A stretch of 64,000 nt of DNA from Microcoleus sp. (GTDB lineage Bacteria; Cyanobacteriota; Cyanobacteriia; Cyanobacteriales; Microcoleaceae). Below the pieces are notes generated by a model, which saw only the letters and a list, made by a program, of their open reading frames with translations, was not told where the DNA came from and searched no databases. Made by a program: the position numbers and the translations under genes. Positions 42,440 through 51,897 of this stretch are shown piece after piece (within the stretch, counting starts at the first letter, position 1; each line of letters begins with the position of its first letter). The stretch covers positions 448,001 through 512,000 of the forward strand of contig JAYFMW010000006.1 of assembly GCA_042408215.1 (NCBI GenBank). The letters are read 5' to 3'.

Positions 42440-42678
42440 ATTAATCCTAAGAGTAATTGGGAATGGGGCATTGGGAATGGGGCATTGGGAATGGGGCATT
42501 GGAAATTGGGAATAGTTTTGAGTTTTGATTGGAAATTCCCTTGCCTTTCCCCTTCTGCGTGCTGTAGTTTACTGACAACAGTACAGTCAATTAATTTAAA
42601 TTAATATAGCGTATTTATGCTGAGAGTTTTTCGTAACTACTGATAAAGATGATATCGTTTCCGCGCTTCATCCGAATC

Positions 42679-43215
42679 ATATCTAATCCGGTAGCATCGG
42701 AATTAATATTACTCACAGCCAGGACACTCCAAGATCCCATTGGTGTCAACTTAAGCCTGAAACAATTGATAAATCTCGCTTTTAGCTGAGTCTAGATCCC
42801 CCTAAATCCCCCTTAAGAAGGGGAGTAGGGGTTGACTTTGATCCGACTCTTGTCCCCCCCTTGTTAAGGGGAGTAGGGGTTGAGTAGGGGGCAAGAATGC
42901 GGGGGGATCTGGCCTTAATAGTCAAACAGCAGTCTCTGACTGGGCTTGAAGTTAAGTTGACACCTATGGGCACTGCCCATTAGTGTCAACTTAAGCCTGA
43001 AAGCCTTTGTATCTCTCGTTCATAGCTGAGTCTAGATCCCCCTAAATCCCCCTTAAGAAGGGGGACTTTGAGAAGATTCCTGTCCCCCCCTTAAGAAGGG
43101 GGGCTAGGGGGGATCTGGCCTTAATAGTCAAACAGCAGTCTCTGACTGGGCTTGAAGTTAAGTTGACACCTATGGGCTCTTGGAGTGTCCCTACAATGTA
43201 TCATTCCGATGGATG
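42679..43215. mobile_element. Nested repeat: ATATC(T/A)AATCCGGTAGCATCGGAAT-type element containing two tandem MITEs (42738-42968, 42978-43174)
   Basis: The two MITEs are separated by GGCACTGCC and flanked by the inverted arms GGACACTCCAAGATCC and GGCTCTTGGAGTGTCC. Confidence 0.8.
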
Positions 43216-43253
43216 GTGCGCGGACTAAGACCGATCGCCCCAAAAACCTGCAT

Positions 43254-46055
43254 TTACCTGGGATTCAACTCCACCCTTTCGCCGTAACGCAATAGCATCT
43301 CCAAACTCTCCAAGCGATTTTGCCAAGTTTGCACCTGATAGCTATTTTCCCCAGAATGCAGCCGCATCGAAGATGGAAATTGAGATTGAAAGCTCGCCAG
43401 CAAATTTTTAGCTGTTTCTAAATTTTCAGTAGTTGGAGTAGCAGCCAATTTGCTCAAAGCTTGCGCCAATTCATCCGATCGACTTTGCAAAACTTTCAGA
43501 TCAGATTCCGACACCCGCAACTGATTGCTAGCCAACAAAAAACTCCATTCCTGCTTGAGAGCAGTATATCGCGAAACCGCCGCCGCAAAAGGCTGTCGGT
43601 AAGGAATCGGCTCCGAAGCAGAAGTCGTTAGCGAAGCCCTCGCAGAGGATTGCATCGGTCGCCCTTGAGTGCGGTTAAAAAATCCCTGCATCCCGCTGCT
43701 AATACTTTCCACCGCAAAAATAGCATAACCCCCAGTCGGCAAATCCCGCAAAGCCTGAATTTGGTCGATCGCCACAACTTCCGGGAGAGTCAACAACTTA
43801 ACCGACGGAGAAATCAAAGCCGAACCGAGCATTTGTTCCTTAGCCAGCGGCTGTGTAATTCGCTGAAGTCGGTTAGTATCCAAAGCATAAGTCATCGGCA
43901 CAATCAAATCCACAATTCCCTGACGAGCCCAAACTTCCCAATTCTGCTGAATTTTGTAAATCCGCTGACTTGGAGGGTGCGGAAACACCGCCACCGACAA
44001 AATTGTACGCGGATAATTCCGTCGCAACAACTGAGAAACTTCGCTAACAAAAGTATTAATTTGATTAGTTTTAAACTCCACCCACTGCCGCCACAAATTG
44101 CCATCACTGGGCGAAATATTCACCGGATCGGCGCCAGTTAACTGCTGGAATTGCTGTCTCGCCGCCGCACCGTAACCGTAAGTAAAACCTGCATTGTCAT
44201 CTTGAAAAGGATAGCGAATGTAGTCAAGTTGCAGCCCGTCAACTTGGTAGCGGCTGGCAATTTCGTTGATAATTTCCAGCAAATAACTGCGCGCTTCTTT
44301 ATTAGCTGGATCGAGATAAAATTTACCATCATTGACGTGCTGCCTGCGTCCTTTGTTGTCAATATTTGCCCAATCTGGATGGGCAGAAAGCACCGGACCT
44401 GGGTCGGAATTCGACTTGCCAATTAGAGTATTGTGGCGCTTATTTCCGGTGGCAAAAACCCAAATCCAAGCGTGCAATTCCATGCCTCGCTCGTGGGCTA
44501 ATTTAACCGCAGATTCCAGCGGGTCCCAGCCAACTGTGAGGGGGTTTTGTTGGGGTGCAACTTGACTGGGATAAATAGGATATCCGGCATTTAAAGTTTC
44601 AAAGAAAACTGTATTGATCCCGGCGGCGGCGAGGCGATCGAAAACTGCTGCTAAACCTTGTTCCGATCGCGCTGCGACGATCGTCCCGCGATCGAGCCAA
44701 ACCGCCCGAATTTCAGCCCCCACCCGCTCTCCTTCCTTGGGGTAATTTTGCCACAGAAGCAGTCGCGCTTCCACCCACTGCTGTCTAGCCTCCGCGTAGT
44801 TTTGCTCAGCCAGGAGTTGATCGAAACTTTGCAAAACCTGCCGCGCGATCGCGATCGCCCGCGTCGTGGCCCCTTGCATAATCGGCGGGCGAATAGCAGC
44901 CGGGGCGCCACCACTGTTGCTTCCAGCCACCAGTTGAACTCTGTTAGCAGCATTGAGATTGACAGGGGTATTAGCTGAATTAGCGGCTGTCAGGGCGCTT
45001 TCAAACCTACCGAGGAGGTTGGTCAGTTCTTGGCGCATCAAATACGCTTCAATGCTGACGATCGGCTTATTAGAATTTGCCTGCACATCCAAACCCGCCG
45101 GCGCCGACTGATCTGAAGGGTCTGTAAAAGTTGCTGGTACTGGGTCTGGAAGGGGGGGAGAGGGAGAAAGTCGGCTCAGTGGGGTATTACGCGGCCCTGG
45201 AGGGGTGTTTCGAGTAACTGTGGAGGGGGGAGCGGGATTGGGGGTAGCGGGTCTTGGGGGTGCGATCGCTGTTGGCGGTGGCAGAGGCGAACTGACATTG
45301 CCTCCCCAGCGGGCGATCGAGGCCCGCAGCCAAGCCTTGTCTACATTTGCCGAACCGTTGCTACCCCAGCGCCAGCCGAGATAGGTAGCGCGATCGGTGG
45401 CGATCGCAGCCGAGGAACCGGAACTGTCCTTCCAGGTAGCAATAGTTTGACTGTTCGCATTAGCGGGAATCAAGACACCGCCTTGAACCGAGCTATTTTT
45501 CTGTTCCGCAGGCACCCAATTGCTAGAAGTAGTGCAAGCAAGATCTCGACAGCGGGTGCGGGGTTGAGGTGCCGCCGGCTGAGTCAACGGAAAAGCCCAA
45601 TAGGCCCCAAGGAGCGATCGCAAAGATTGACGAACCAAAGCCGGAGAACTGCGGCCCACGGGCCCGGAAGCAATCAACCGGCCGCCCTGGGAAGCCCAAG
45701 CTTCTAAAACTTTAATTTGCGCCGGAGTCAAAGTTTCAATATTCGGCAGAAACAGAACATTAACGCCCGCTAAATCCGCCGTACTTTTAATTTGTTCGAG
45801 ATTAATTGGTTGGTAAGCAATACCGCTTTCCCAGAGCCGCGTGGTAATCTTTACCCAGTCGGGAGAATTTTCCGAACTGCGAACTACTCCTAGAACCACT
45901 TGGGCGAAACTTGGAGAGGGAAACAGGATAAAGAGATTGAGTAATGTACTCGCTAGTGTTCCAATTAACACTCTTTGCAAGAAAGTGAAAAAGCGAATTT
46001 TTTGAGCCTGGGAGCAAGCATCAGGAATTCGATCGGGCTTTTTGATTTGTTGCAT
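43254..46055 (-). CDS. Family 10-like glycoside hydrolase (GHL10/DUF187)
   Basis: EIRAVWLD, GINTVFFE, LHAW and DGLQLDYIRYP motifs, a Pro-rich linker and a signal-like N terminus. Confidence 0.88.
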   Translation of the reverse strand: MQQIKKPDRIPDACSQAQKIRFFTFLQRVLIGTLASTLLNLFILFPSPSFAQVVLGVVRSSENSPDWVKITTRLWESGIAYQPINLEQIKSTADLAGVNVLFLPNIETLTPAQIKVLEAWASQGGRLIASGPVGRSSPALVRQSLRSLLGAYWAFPLTQPAAPQPRTRCRDLACTTSSNWVPAEQKNSSVQGGVLIPANANSQTIATWKDSSGSSAAIATDRATYLGWRWGSNGSANVDKAWLRASIARWGGNVSSPLPPPTAIAPPRPATPNPAPPSTVTRNTPPGPRNTPLSRLSPSPPLPDPVPATFTDPSDQSAPAGLDVQANSNKPIVSIEAYLMRQELTNLLGRFESALTAANSANTPVNLNAANRVQLVAGSNSGGAPAAIRPPIMQGATTRAIAIARQVLQSFDQLLAEQNYAEARQQWVEARLLLWQNYPKEGERVGAEIRAVWLDRGTIVAARSEQGLAAVFDRLAAAGINTVFFETLNAGYPIYPSQVAPQQNPLTVGWDPLESAVKLAHERGMELHAWIWVFATGNKRHNTLIGKSNSDPGPVLSAHPDWANIDNKGRRQHVNDGKFYLDPANKEARSYLLEIINEIASRYQVDGLQLDYIRYPFQDDNAGFTYGYGAAARQQFQQLTGADPVNISPSDGNLWRQWVEFKTNQINTFVSEVSQLLRRNYPRTILSVAVFPHPPSQRIYKIQQNWEVWARQGIVDLIVPMTYALDTNRLQRITQPLAKEQMLGSALISPSVKLLTLPEVVAIDQIQALRDLPTGGYAIFAVESISSGMQGFFNRTQGRPMQSSARASLTTSASEPIPYRQPFAAAVSRYTALKQEWSFLLASNQLRVSESDLKVLQSRSDELAQALSKLAATPTTENLETAKNLLASFQSQFPSSMRLHSGENSYQVQTWQNRLESLEMLLRYGERVELNPR

Positions 46056-46100
46056 TGACACAAGAATTACCCACACACCACAAGGGGAAAAATTTCAATA

Positions 46101-46700
46101 ATATCAATTCCGATGCAACCGGAATGATAGGCAACTGATCTCAATTCCGGTTGCACCCGAATGATATAGAGGAAACGGCACTGCCGTATCCCTACCTGAT
46201 TAATTGTAGGGAAACGGCACTGCCGTATCCCTACCTGATTAATTGTAGGGAAACGGCACTGCCGTATCCCTACCCTGATTAATTGTAGGGAAACGGCACT
46301 GCCGTATCCCTACCCTGATTAATTGTAGGGAAACGGCACTGCCCTGTCCCTACCCTGATTAATTGTAGGGAAACGGCACTGCCCTGTCCCTACCCTGATT
46401 AATTGTAGGGAAACGGCACTGCCTATTGGTGTCAACTTAACGTGAAACCCAGTCACAGAATGCTGTTTGACCATTAAGCCTAGATCCCCCCTAGCCCCCC
46501 TTAAGAAGGGGGGGATAAGAGTTCGATCAAAGTCACCCCCTACTCCCCTTCTTAAGGGGGATTTAGGGGGATCTAGACTCAGGTAACAGCGAGATTTCTC
46601 AGGGGTTTCAGGCTTAAGTTGACACCAATGGGCACTGCCGTATCCCTACCCTGATTAATTGTAGGGAAACGGCACTGCCGTATCCTGAGCGTAGTCGAAG
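46101..46700. repeat. Tandem array of eight 39-40-bp GTAG-type REP palindromes interrupted by a MITE
   Basis: Unit GTAGGGAAACGGCACTGCCGTATCCCTAC(C)CTGATTAATT, with no unique spacers. Confidence 0.92.
46424..46630. mobile_element. MITE (ATTGGTGTCAACTTAA TIRs) with perfect 9-bp TSD GGCACTGCC
   Basis: TSD copies at 46415-46423 and 46631-46639. Confidence 0.88.
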
Positions 46701-46715
46701 CGTGTCAACAATTTT

Positions 46716-49454
46716 TCAATTAGCAGCTTCATTCACCGGGAAACGATCGATTAACTGCATCGCCCGACAAGCATTCCTCCGCAAAGAATCAGAAACATGA
46801 GGAACATGAGGAATCTGAGACAAGAAATCCAAAGTCCGGCGCAAAATCCGCACCACATCCCCTTCATCCAAACTCGTATGACTAACCAATTCCAGCCATT
46901 CCACACCCAGAGCCCACTGCTCAACCAAAGTCACTATATCCCGTTCCAGCCAAATCGGGATAGCAGCCTCATGCCGATACTGCACTTGAAACAGCCTGCG
47001 CCTTAGCCCTTTTTGGAGATTATCCAAAGGTGCCAAAACTTCCGGTGACAGCGAATAGTGAGTCCAACTATCGGGCCTCGAAACTTCCGTAACCAAAGCC
47101 GCGCAAGCAGCCGCGAGGTGGTGGGGGTCAAGTTCGTCAAATTCCGCTGACATCAGGGACAAACCCAACCAGAGTTCATTATCGCCACGAATGGCGGCGC
47201 AAGCTTGGCCCAATTCCGTAGGAACTAATCTGTCCGAGGTATCAGTTCCCTCCACCTTGAGGGATACTACTCTTTCCAAGCAGCCGAAATTGAGCAAAAT
47301 GTCAATTAAGTTGATAAATTCTTCCCAGTAGCGGGCTCGCTGCTTTTCTAAGTCTTGCAAGCATCTGCGTATTTCCTTTTGCAACTCTATCCTGCGTCGC
47401 TGGCGTTTGAGCAAAGTACCGGGATTGCCCCATTCTAAAACAGGGTGAATTTCTAGCTTAGCTTCTATGGCTGCGATTTTTTGTAGTTGGTCGATCGCCT
47501 CGCGAGTCGGTTCCGGTGCCGGCAATTCTGGGATTGATTGGGCGATAGAAAGGGTTTCCTCGGTTCCCAAACGGCATTGGCCCAGTCTCATCGGCATTTC
47601 CGGTGGCGGGTTCAAGGTATCTACTGCCGGCAAGCGGGGTAATTGAGCGTGGAGGGTTGCCACATCGCTAATGGCGACGATATACCAGCGGTTGTCTTTG
47701 CCCAAACATACCAAATTTGGTGCTTGGCCGGAACCTGCGATTTTGGCAACCAGTACAGCGGGTATGGGAGATGTGTGCGATCGTTTAGCAGTAGGAACGT
47801 GCTTACCTTTGAGGCTGACAATAGTTCCCAGCACCGCAAAAGCCACAGCCACCGACATATCCTTAATCCGGGCTTCTTCAGCTTGCTGCAATAAAGTTTT
47901 CAGCAGGCGTTTATCTTCTTTGAGTCTTCCCTGCAACTTTTCATAATGAGCGAGCTGTTTTTCCAGGTTGGCGACATCGCCACCAGCAGCCAGAGACTCC
48001 TCCAAAACCGCCAATTCTGCCATCAGCCGGTCTACTTCCGCTTGCTGCGGCTGCAAGTACAAGGTAGAAAGATATTGGCCAAAACTGCGCTCTACTAACT
48101 CTTGAGCTTCTTCGAGAGTGTGAGTTTGCAACAAATTCAGCACCATCCCGTAGCTGGGAGTGAACTGACTGGCGAGGGGGTCGGCTTTTGCTGTTGCCAA
48201 ATAGGAGGCTTCTTTTGCCCCTTCAAACCGCGTCTGAACTGCCACAACGTGCCCCAGCTCGTCCATGCCCCGCCGACCTGCTCTACCGGCCATTTGGAGG
48301 AATTCTGAAGCATTTAGCAGTCGGTGTCCCTTGTCCGTGCGCTTGGAAAGGGTGGAAATAACTGTGGTGCGGGCGGGCATATTAATCCCGGCGGCTAGGG
48401 TTTCGGTGGCAAATACGACTTTAATTAAACCTTTGCCGAAGAGTTCTTCTACTAAACCTTTCCAAGCGGGTAAAATGCCTGCGTGGTGGGCTGCGATGCC
48501 TTTTAAAAGTGCTTCTTTTTGACCGAAGCGTTCTGCTTCTGGATTCCGCTGTAAAAAGTCGTCAATAATGCGTTTGAGTTCGGCGGTTTCGGCTTCGTTA
48601 ACTAGGGAGAAATTCCCAACATCTGCTACTGCTCGATCGCACCCACGGCGGCTGAAGATGAAGTAGATTGCTGGTAGCATATCGCGATCGTCCAACCGAG
48701 ACAAAACATCAGTCAAACTGGGAACCGGGATACTACCTCTTTCTACTTTTTGCTGCTTTTTTTTGGGGATGAGTCGCAGGTTGGCTTTTTGGCCGCTGTC
48801 ATCGAGTAGGGGAAATATCCCTTTTTGATTGGCGAAGTGAAATTGCAGCGGCACGGGGCGGAAGTCGGAGTATACTAACTCCGTGGGCCCGTGGACTTTG
48901 TTAATCCAGTCCGTGAGTTGTCCGCTGTTAGCAACGGTTGCTGAGAGGGCGAGTAATTGAATTTCGCCGGAACAGTAGATAATTGACTCTTCCCAAACGG
49001 TGCCCCGCTGTTTGTCGTTCATGTAGTGACACTCATCGAGAACTACTGTTTCGACTCCGGTTAAGGAAGCGCCCACAGCTCCGATCGGCGTACCATAGAG
49101 CATATTGCGAAAAATTTCGGTAGTCATCACCAAAATCGGAGCATCCCGGTTAATAGAGATGTCGCCCGTCAGCAAGCCCACCATCTCAGTCCCAAATTGC
49201 TGGCGGAAGTCGCGCAGCTTTTGGTTGGATAGAGCTTTGAGGGGAGTGGTGTAGAAGACGCGGCGCCCCCGTGAGAGTGCTTGGTGGATGGCGTATTCGC
49301 CGATTAAGGTTTTCCCGGAGCCTGTGGGGGCGCACACGACAACGGATTTACCTGCATCGAGGGCGACGATCGCCTCTCTTTGAAAGTTATCTAGCTCGAA
49401 TGGGAATATGGTCTTCAGATCCAGCTCTGGGCGGTTCTGGGATTTATCTGGCAC
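46716..49454 (-). CDS. Ski2/HelY-like DEAD/DEAH-box RNA helicase
   Basis: PTGSGKT, DECH, SAT and QMAGRAGRRG motifs, and a DSHCT tail (DEGDVVR). Confidence 0.93.
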   Translation of the reverse strand: MPDKSQNRPELDLKTIFPFELDNFQREAIVALDAGKSVVVCAPTGSGKTLIGEYAIHQALSRGRRVFYTTPLKALSNQKLRDFRQQFGTEMVGLLTGDISINRDAPILVMTTEIFRNMLYGTPIGAVGASLTGVETVVLDECHYMNDKQRGTVWEESIIYCSGEIQLLALSATVANSGQLTDWINKVHGPTELVYSDFRPVPLQFHFANQKGIFPLLDDSGQKANLRLIPKKKQQKVERGSIPVPSLTDVLSRLDDRDMLPAIYFIFSRRGCDRAVADVGNFSLVNEAETAELKRIIDDFLQRNPEAERFGQKEALLKGIAAHHAGILPAWKGLVEELFGKGLIKVVFATETLAAGINMPARTTVISTLSKRTDKGHRLLNASEFLQMAGRAGRRGMDELGHVVAVQTRFEGAKEASYLATAKADPLASQFTPSYGMVLNLLQTHTLEEAQELVERSFGQYLSTLYLQPQQAEVDRLMAELAVLEESLAAGGDVANLEKQLAHYEKLQGRLKEDKRLLKTLLQQAEEARIKDMSVAVAFAVLGTIVSLKGKHVPTAKRSHTSPIPAVLVAKIAGSGQAPNLVCLGKDNRWYIVAISDVATLHAQLPRLPAVDTLNPPPEMPMRLGQCRLGTEETLSIAQSIPELPAPEPTREAIDQLQKIAAIEAKLEIHPVLEWGNPGTLLKRQRRRIELQKEIRRCLQDLEKQRARYWEEFINLIDILLNFGCLERVVSLKVEGTDTSDRLVPTELGQACAAIRGDNELWLGLSLMSAEFDELDPHHLAAACAALVTEVSRPDSWTHYSLSPEVLAPLDNLQKGLRRRLFQVQYRHEAAIPIWLERDIVTLVEQWALGVEWLELVSHTSLDEGDVVRILRRTLDFLSQIPHVPHVSDSLRRNACRAMQLIDRFPVNEAAN

Positions 49455-49990
49455 AAGAATTATTATAAGGTTGCAGAGTAGGTGTGCTTCAATCTTGCTT
49501 ACAGCAAGGCAGCAGAGGACTGTATTGATTTTAAACCGATACTTTTTTTGCTAACATTTGCTAACAAATATATAAGCCGAGACATACTCTGGGCCTAGGG
49601 GTATCAGCCAATGCTCGTAGAAATCTCTACAAGCACTTATATTTTTGCGTTCAGCTTGGTTCTCGCTGACAGCAATTAACCGATCTGATTATTTGCTTTG
49701 ATAATGTAGAGGCTACTTATTCCTATAGAGGCAACATACTATCAAGGTTTTTCACCTAAATCCGACGAACGGCTAAATTCATTCTATATGACATCAAGAC
49801 ATCTCGCAAATTTGAGTGGTTAGTGGTGCAGCTTGCTTCGGGCGATCGGCTTTCACCGATCAAATGATTTTGGGGTATAAAAATTCGGTGAAAACATATT
49901 ACGCGCTGGCTGGTGGGTAATTGACGGGCGAGTGTAATTGGGGAGTTTTGTCAAAAAGGGCGATCGAGTCGATCGAATTCTCAGCTTTAA

Positions 49991-50164
49991 CAAAATTATG
50001 TAGGGGCGGGTTTTACCAAAAATCTCAGCCTAAGACCAATAATCTCATAAACCCACCCCCACCCAACTGTAAATCTCAAAATTATGTAGGGGCGGGTTTT
50101 ACCAAAAATCTCAGCCTAAGACCAATAATCTCATAAACCCGCCCCCACCCAACTGTAAATCTCA
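49991..50164. repeat. Two tandem 86-bp REPIN-like units (GTAGGGGCGGGTTT...AAACCCGCCCC)
   Basis: Direct repeats start at 49991 and 50077. Confidence 0.85.
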
Positions 50165-50311
50165 ATCTACCTTTTACAAGATACAAGTTACACCCTGGTG
50201 GTTGAGCGAAGCGGCGCACGCTCGCGTAGTCGAAGTGTCGAAACCCTGTGGCGAGCATCCCCCGGATCAATCCACGATTTTTCGGAGAAACCAGTTTTTT
50301 TTGCGTAACTC

Positions 50312-50660
50312 CTAACTATTTAATAGCGCTTGTTTAAATTCCGCCGCATTTTTATAATAAATATCGGGATTGTCAACTAAAGCGCGATCGATCGCTGTAG
50401 CTAACGGTTGAGGAATCGCAGAAGTGCGATCGCGAATCGGAACCGCAGCATTATCCAAAACAGCACGAAACGGGTCTAATCCCACAAAATTGCGCGGGGA
50501 AAATCCCGCGATCGTTACATACAAACAAGCCGCCGCAGCCCAAACATCAACCTCCGGTTTCGCATACTTATAATCAAGCACTTGTTGTCGCGGCATAAAA
50601 GATGGCGTACCCACAGCATTACCCGTCATCGTTTGGCCACTTAAACCCGCTCGATCAAGT
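50312..50660 (-). pseudogene. C-terminal fragment of a Ser/Thr protein kinase
   Basis: GTPSFMPRQQ and DVWAAAACLY (subdomains VIII-IX) are present. The N-lobe and catalytic loop are absent, and the upstream sequence is a MITE. Confidence 0.8.
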
Positions 50661-50705
50661 GTTTCGGCTGTTAGGTAACTACTACCACAGTGAGGACAGC
50701 TTATT

Positions 50706-50810
50706 ATATCAAATCCGGTAGCATCGGAATTATTCATCTCTCTCTTCTCTCCCTCTGCGCCCTCTGCGCCCTCTGCGGTTAAATCATTCCGATGCAACCG
50801 GAAACGATAT
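50706..50810. mobile_element. MITE with 25-bp ATATC..TCCGGT(A/T)GCATCGGAAT TIRs and CCTCTGCGC cargo
   Basis: Inverted ends are visible, and a related copy lies at about 59395-59490. Confidence 0.75.
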
Positions 50811-51026
50811 TACCGGAATGTTTTCTATAACTAGCAAATCTTTGCCTTTACCGTAGGTTCTGGGAATTCGGCGAACTCGCACACCTTCTGTTCCGCAAAT
50901 ATCACATACCATTTACTAAGTCTCCTTACTTAAGGGAAGTATATCGATTTTGGATTAATTGGTCAGGTGCGTCAGCAGAAATAAACTTAACAATTGAAAT
51001 AACACAATCTGACGCACCCTACTATT

Positions 51027-51241
51027 ACTTTGTTCTCGCCCACAGATTCAGTAAAAACCCGGTTTCTTGAGTCGAAGTGCATAAGTTCAGAAACCGGGTT
51101 TTTTACGACAATACTTTGTTCCCGCCGACAGATTCAGTAAAAACCCGGTTTCTTGAGTCGAAGTGCATAAGTTCAGAAACCGGGTTTTTTACGACAATAC
51201 TTTGTTCCCGCCGACAGATTCAGTAAAAACCCGGTTTCTTT
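51027..51241. repeat. Tandem REP-like units with AAAAACCCGGTTTCT/AGAAACCGGGTTTTT arms
   Basis: About 2.5 near-identical units. Confidence 0.85.
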
Positions 51242-51475
51242 GGCCACAGTGGGTCTTAGTCCGCGGTGGACTTCGTTTGTGTAGTAGCGGTTTCAACCGC
51301 CGAATAACTTGTCGCATCTGCAAACACAATATACCGGGGTTAATTCCCATCTATCGCGAGGTGAATTGGTTTCTATATATCGTTTAACCAAACCATCAGC
51401 AGCTAGTTTTTTTTTAAGATAACCATCATGTCAGGTTCTCGCGGTACATCTCGGTGAGGATGTTTAGATAATCGC

Positions 51476-51863
51476 AGAAACCCGGTTTCTTGGGGCTTTG
51501 GATGAGGTTGAGAAACCGGGTTTTTTCGGAGTTTTTGGGTGGTAGTTGGGTCGGGTCGAAAAAACCCGGTTTCTTGGGGCTTTGAATGAGGTTGAGAAAC
51601 CGGGGTTTTTCGGAGTTTTTGGGTGGTAGTTGGGTCGGGTCGAAAAAACCCGGATGAGGTTGAAAAACCGGGGTTTTTCGGAGTTTTTGGGTGGTAGTTG
51701 GGTCGGGTCGAAAAAACCCGGATGAGGTTGAGAAACCGGGGGTTTTCGGAGTTTTTGGGTGGTAGTTGGGTCGGGTCGAAAAAACCCGGATGAGATTGAG
51801 AAACCGGGTTTTTTCGGAGTTTTTGGGTGGTAGTTGGGTCGGGTCGAAAAAACCCGGTTTCTT
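51476..51863. repeat. Tandem array of AAACCGGG..CCCGG hairpin units with identical cores
   Basis: The core GGAGTTTTTGGGTGGTAGTTGGGTCGGGTCG is repeated five times. Confidence 0.9.
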
Positions 51864-51897
51864 ACCGCCGAATTAATGACCGATTTTTCTACCAAAC

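Noticed and set aside
42440..42499. N-terminal extension MPHSQCPIPNAPFP of the Cache kinase
   Set aside because: It is encoded by STRR heptamers; ATG 42439 is the likelier start.
46169..46423. CRISPR-like periodic palindromic repeats
   Set aside because: The inter-repeat sequence is the same about 10 bp each time, with no unique spacers and no cas genes.
51027..51895. Possible CRISPR array, or the 143-aa ORF 51464..51895
   Set aside because: The cores between the hairpin arms are identical, and the ORF is simply translated tandem repeat.
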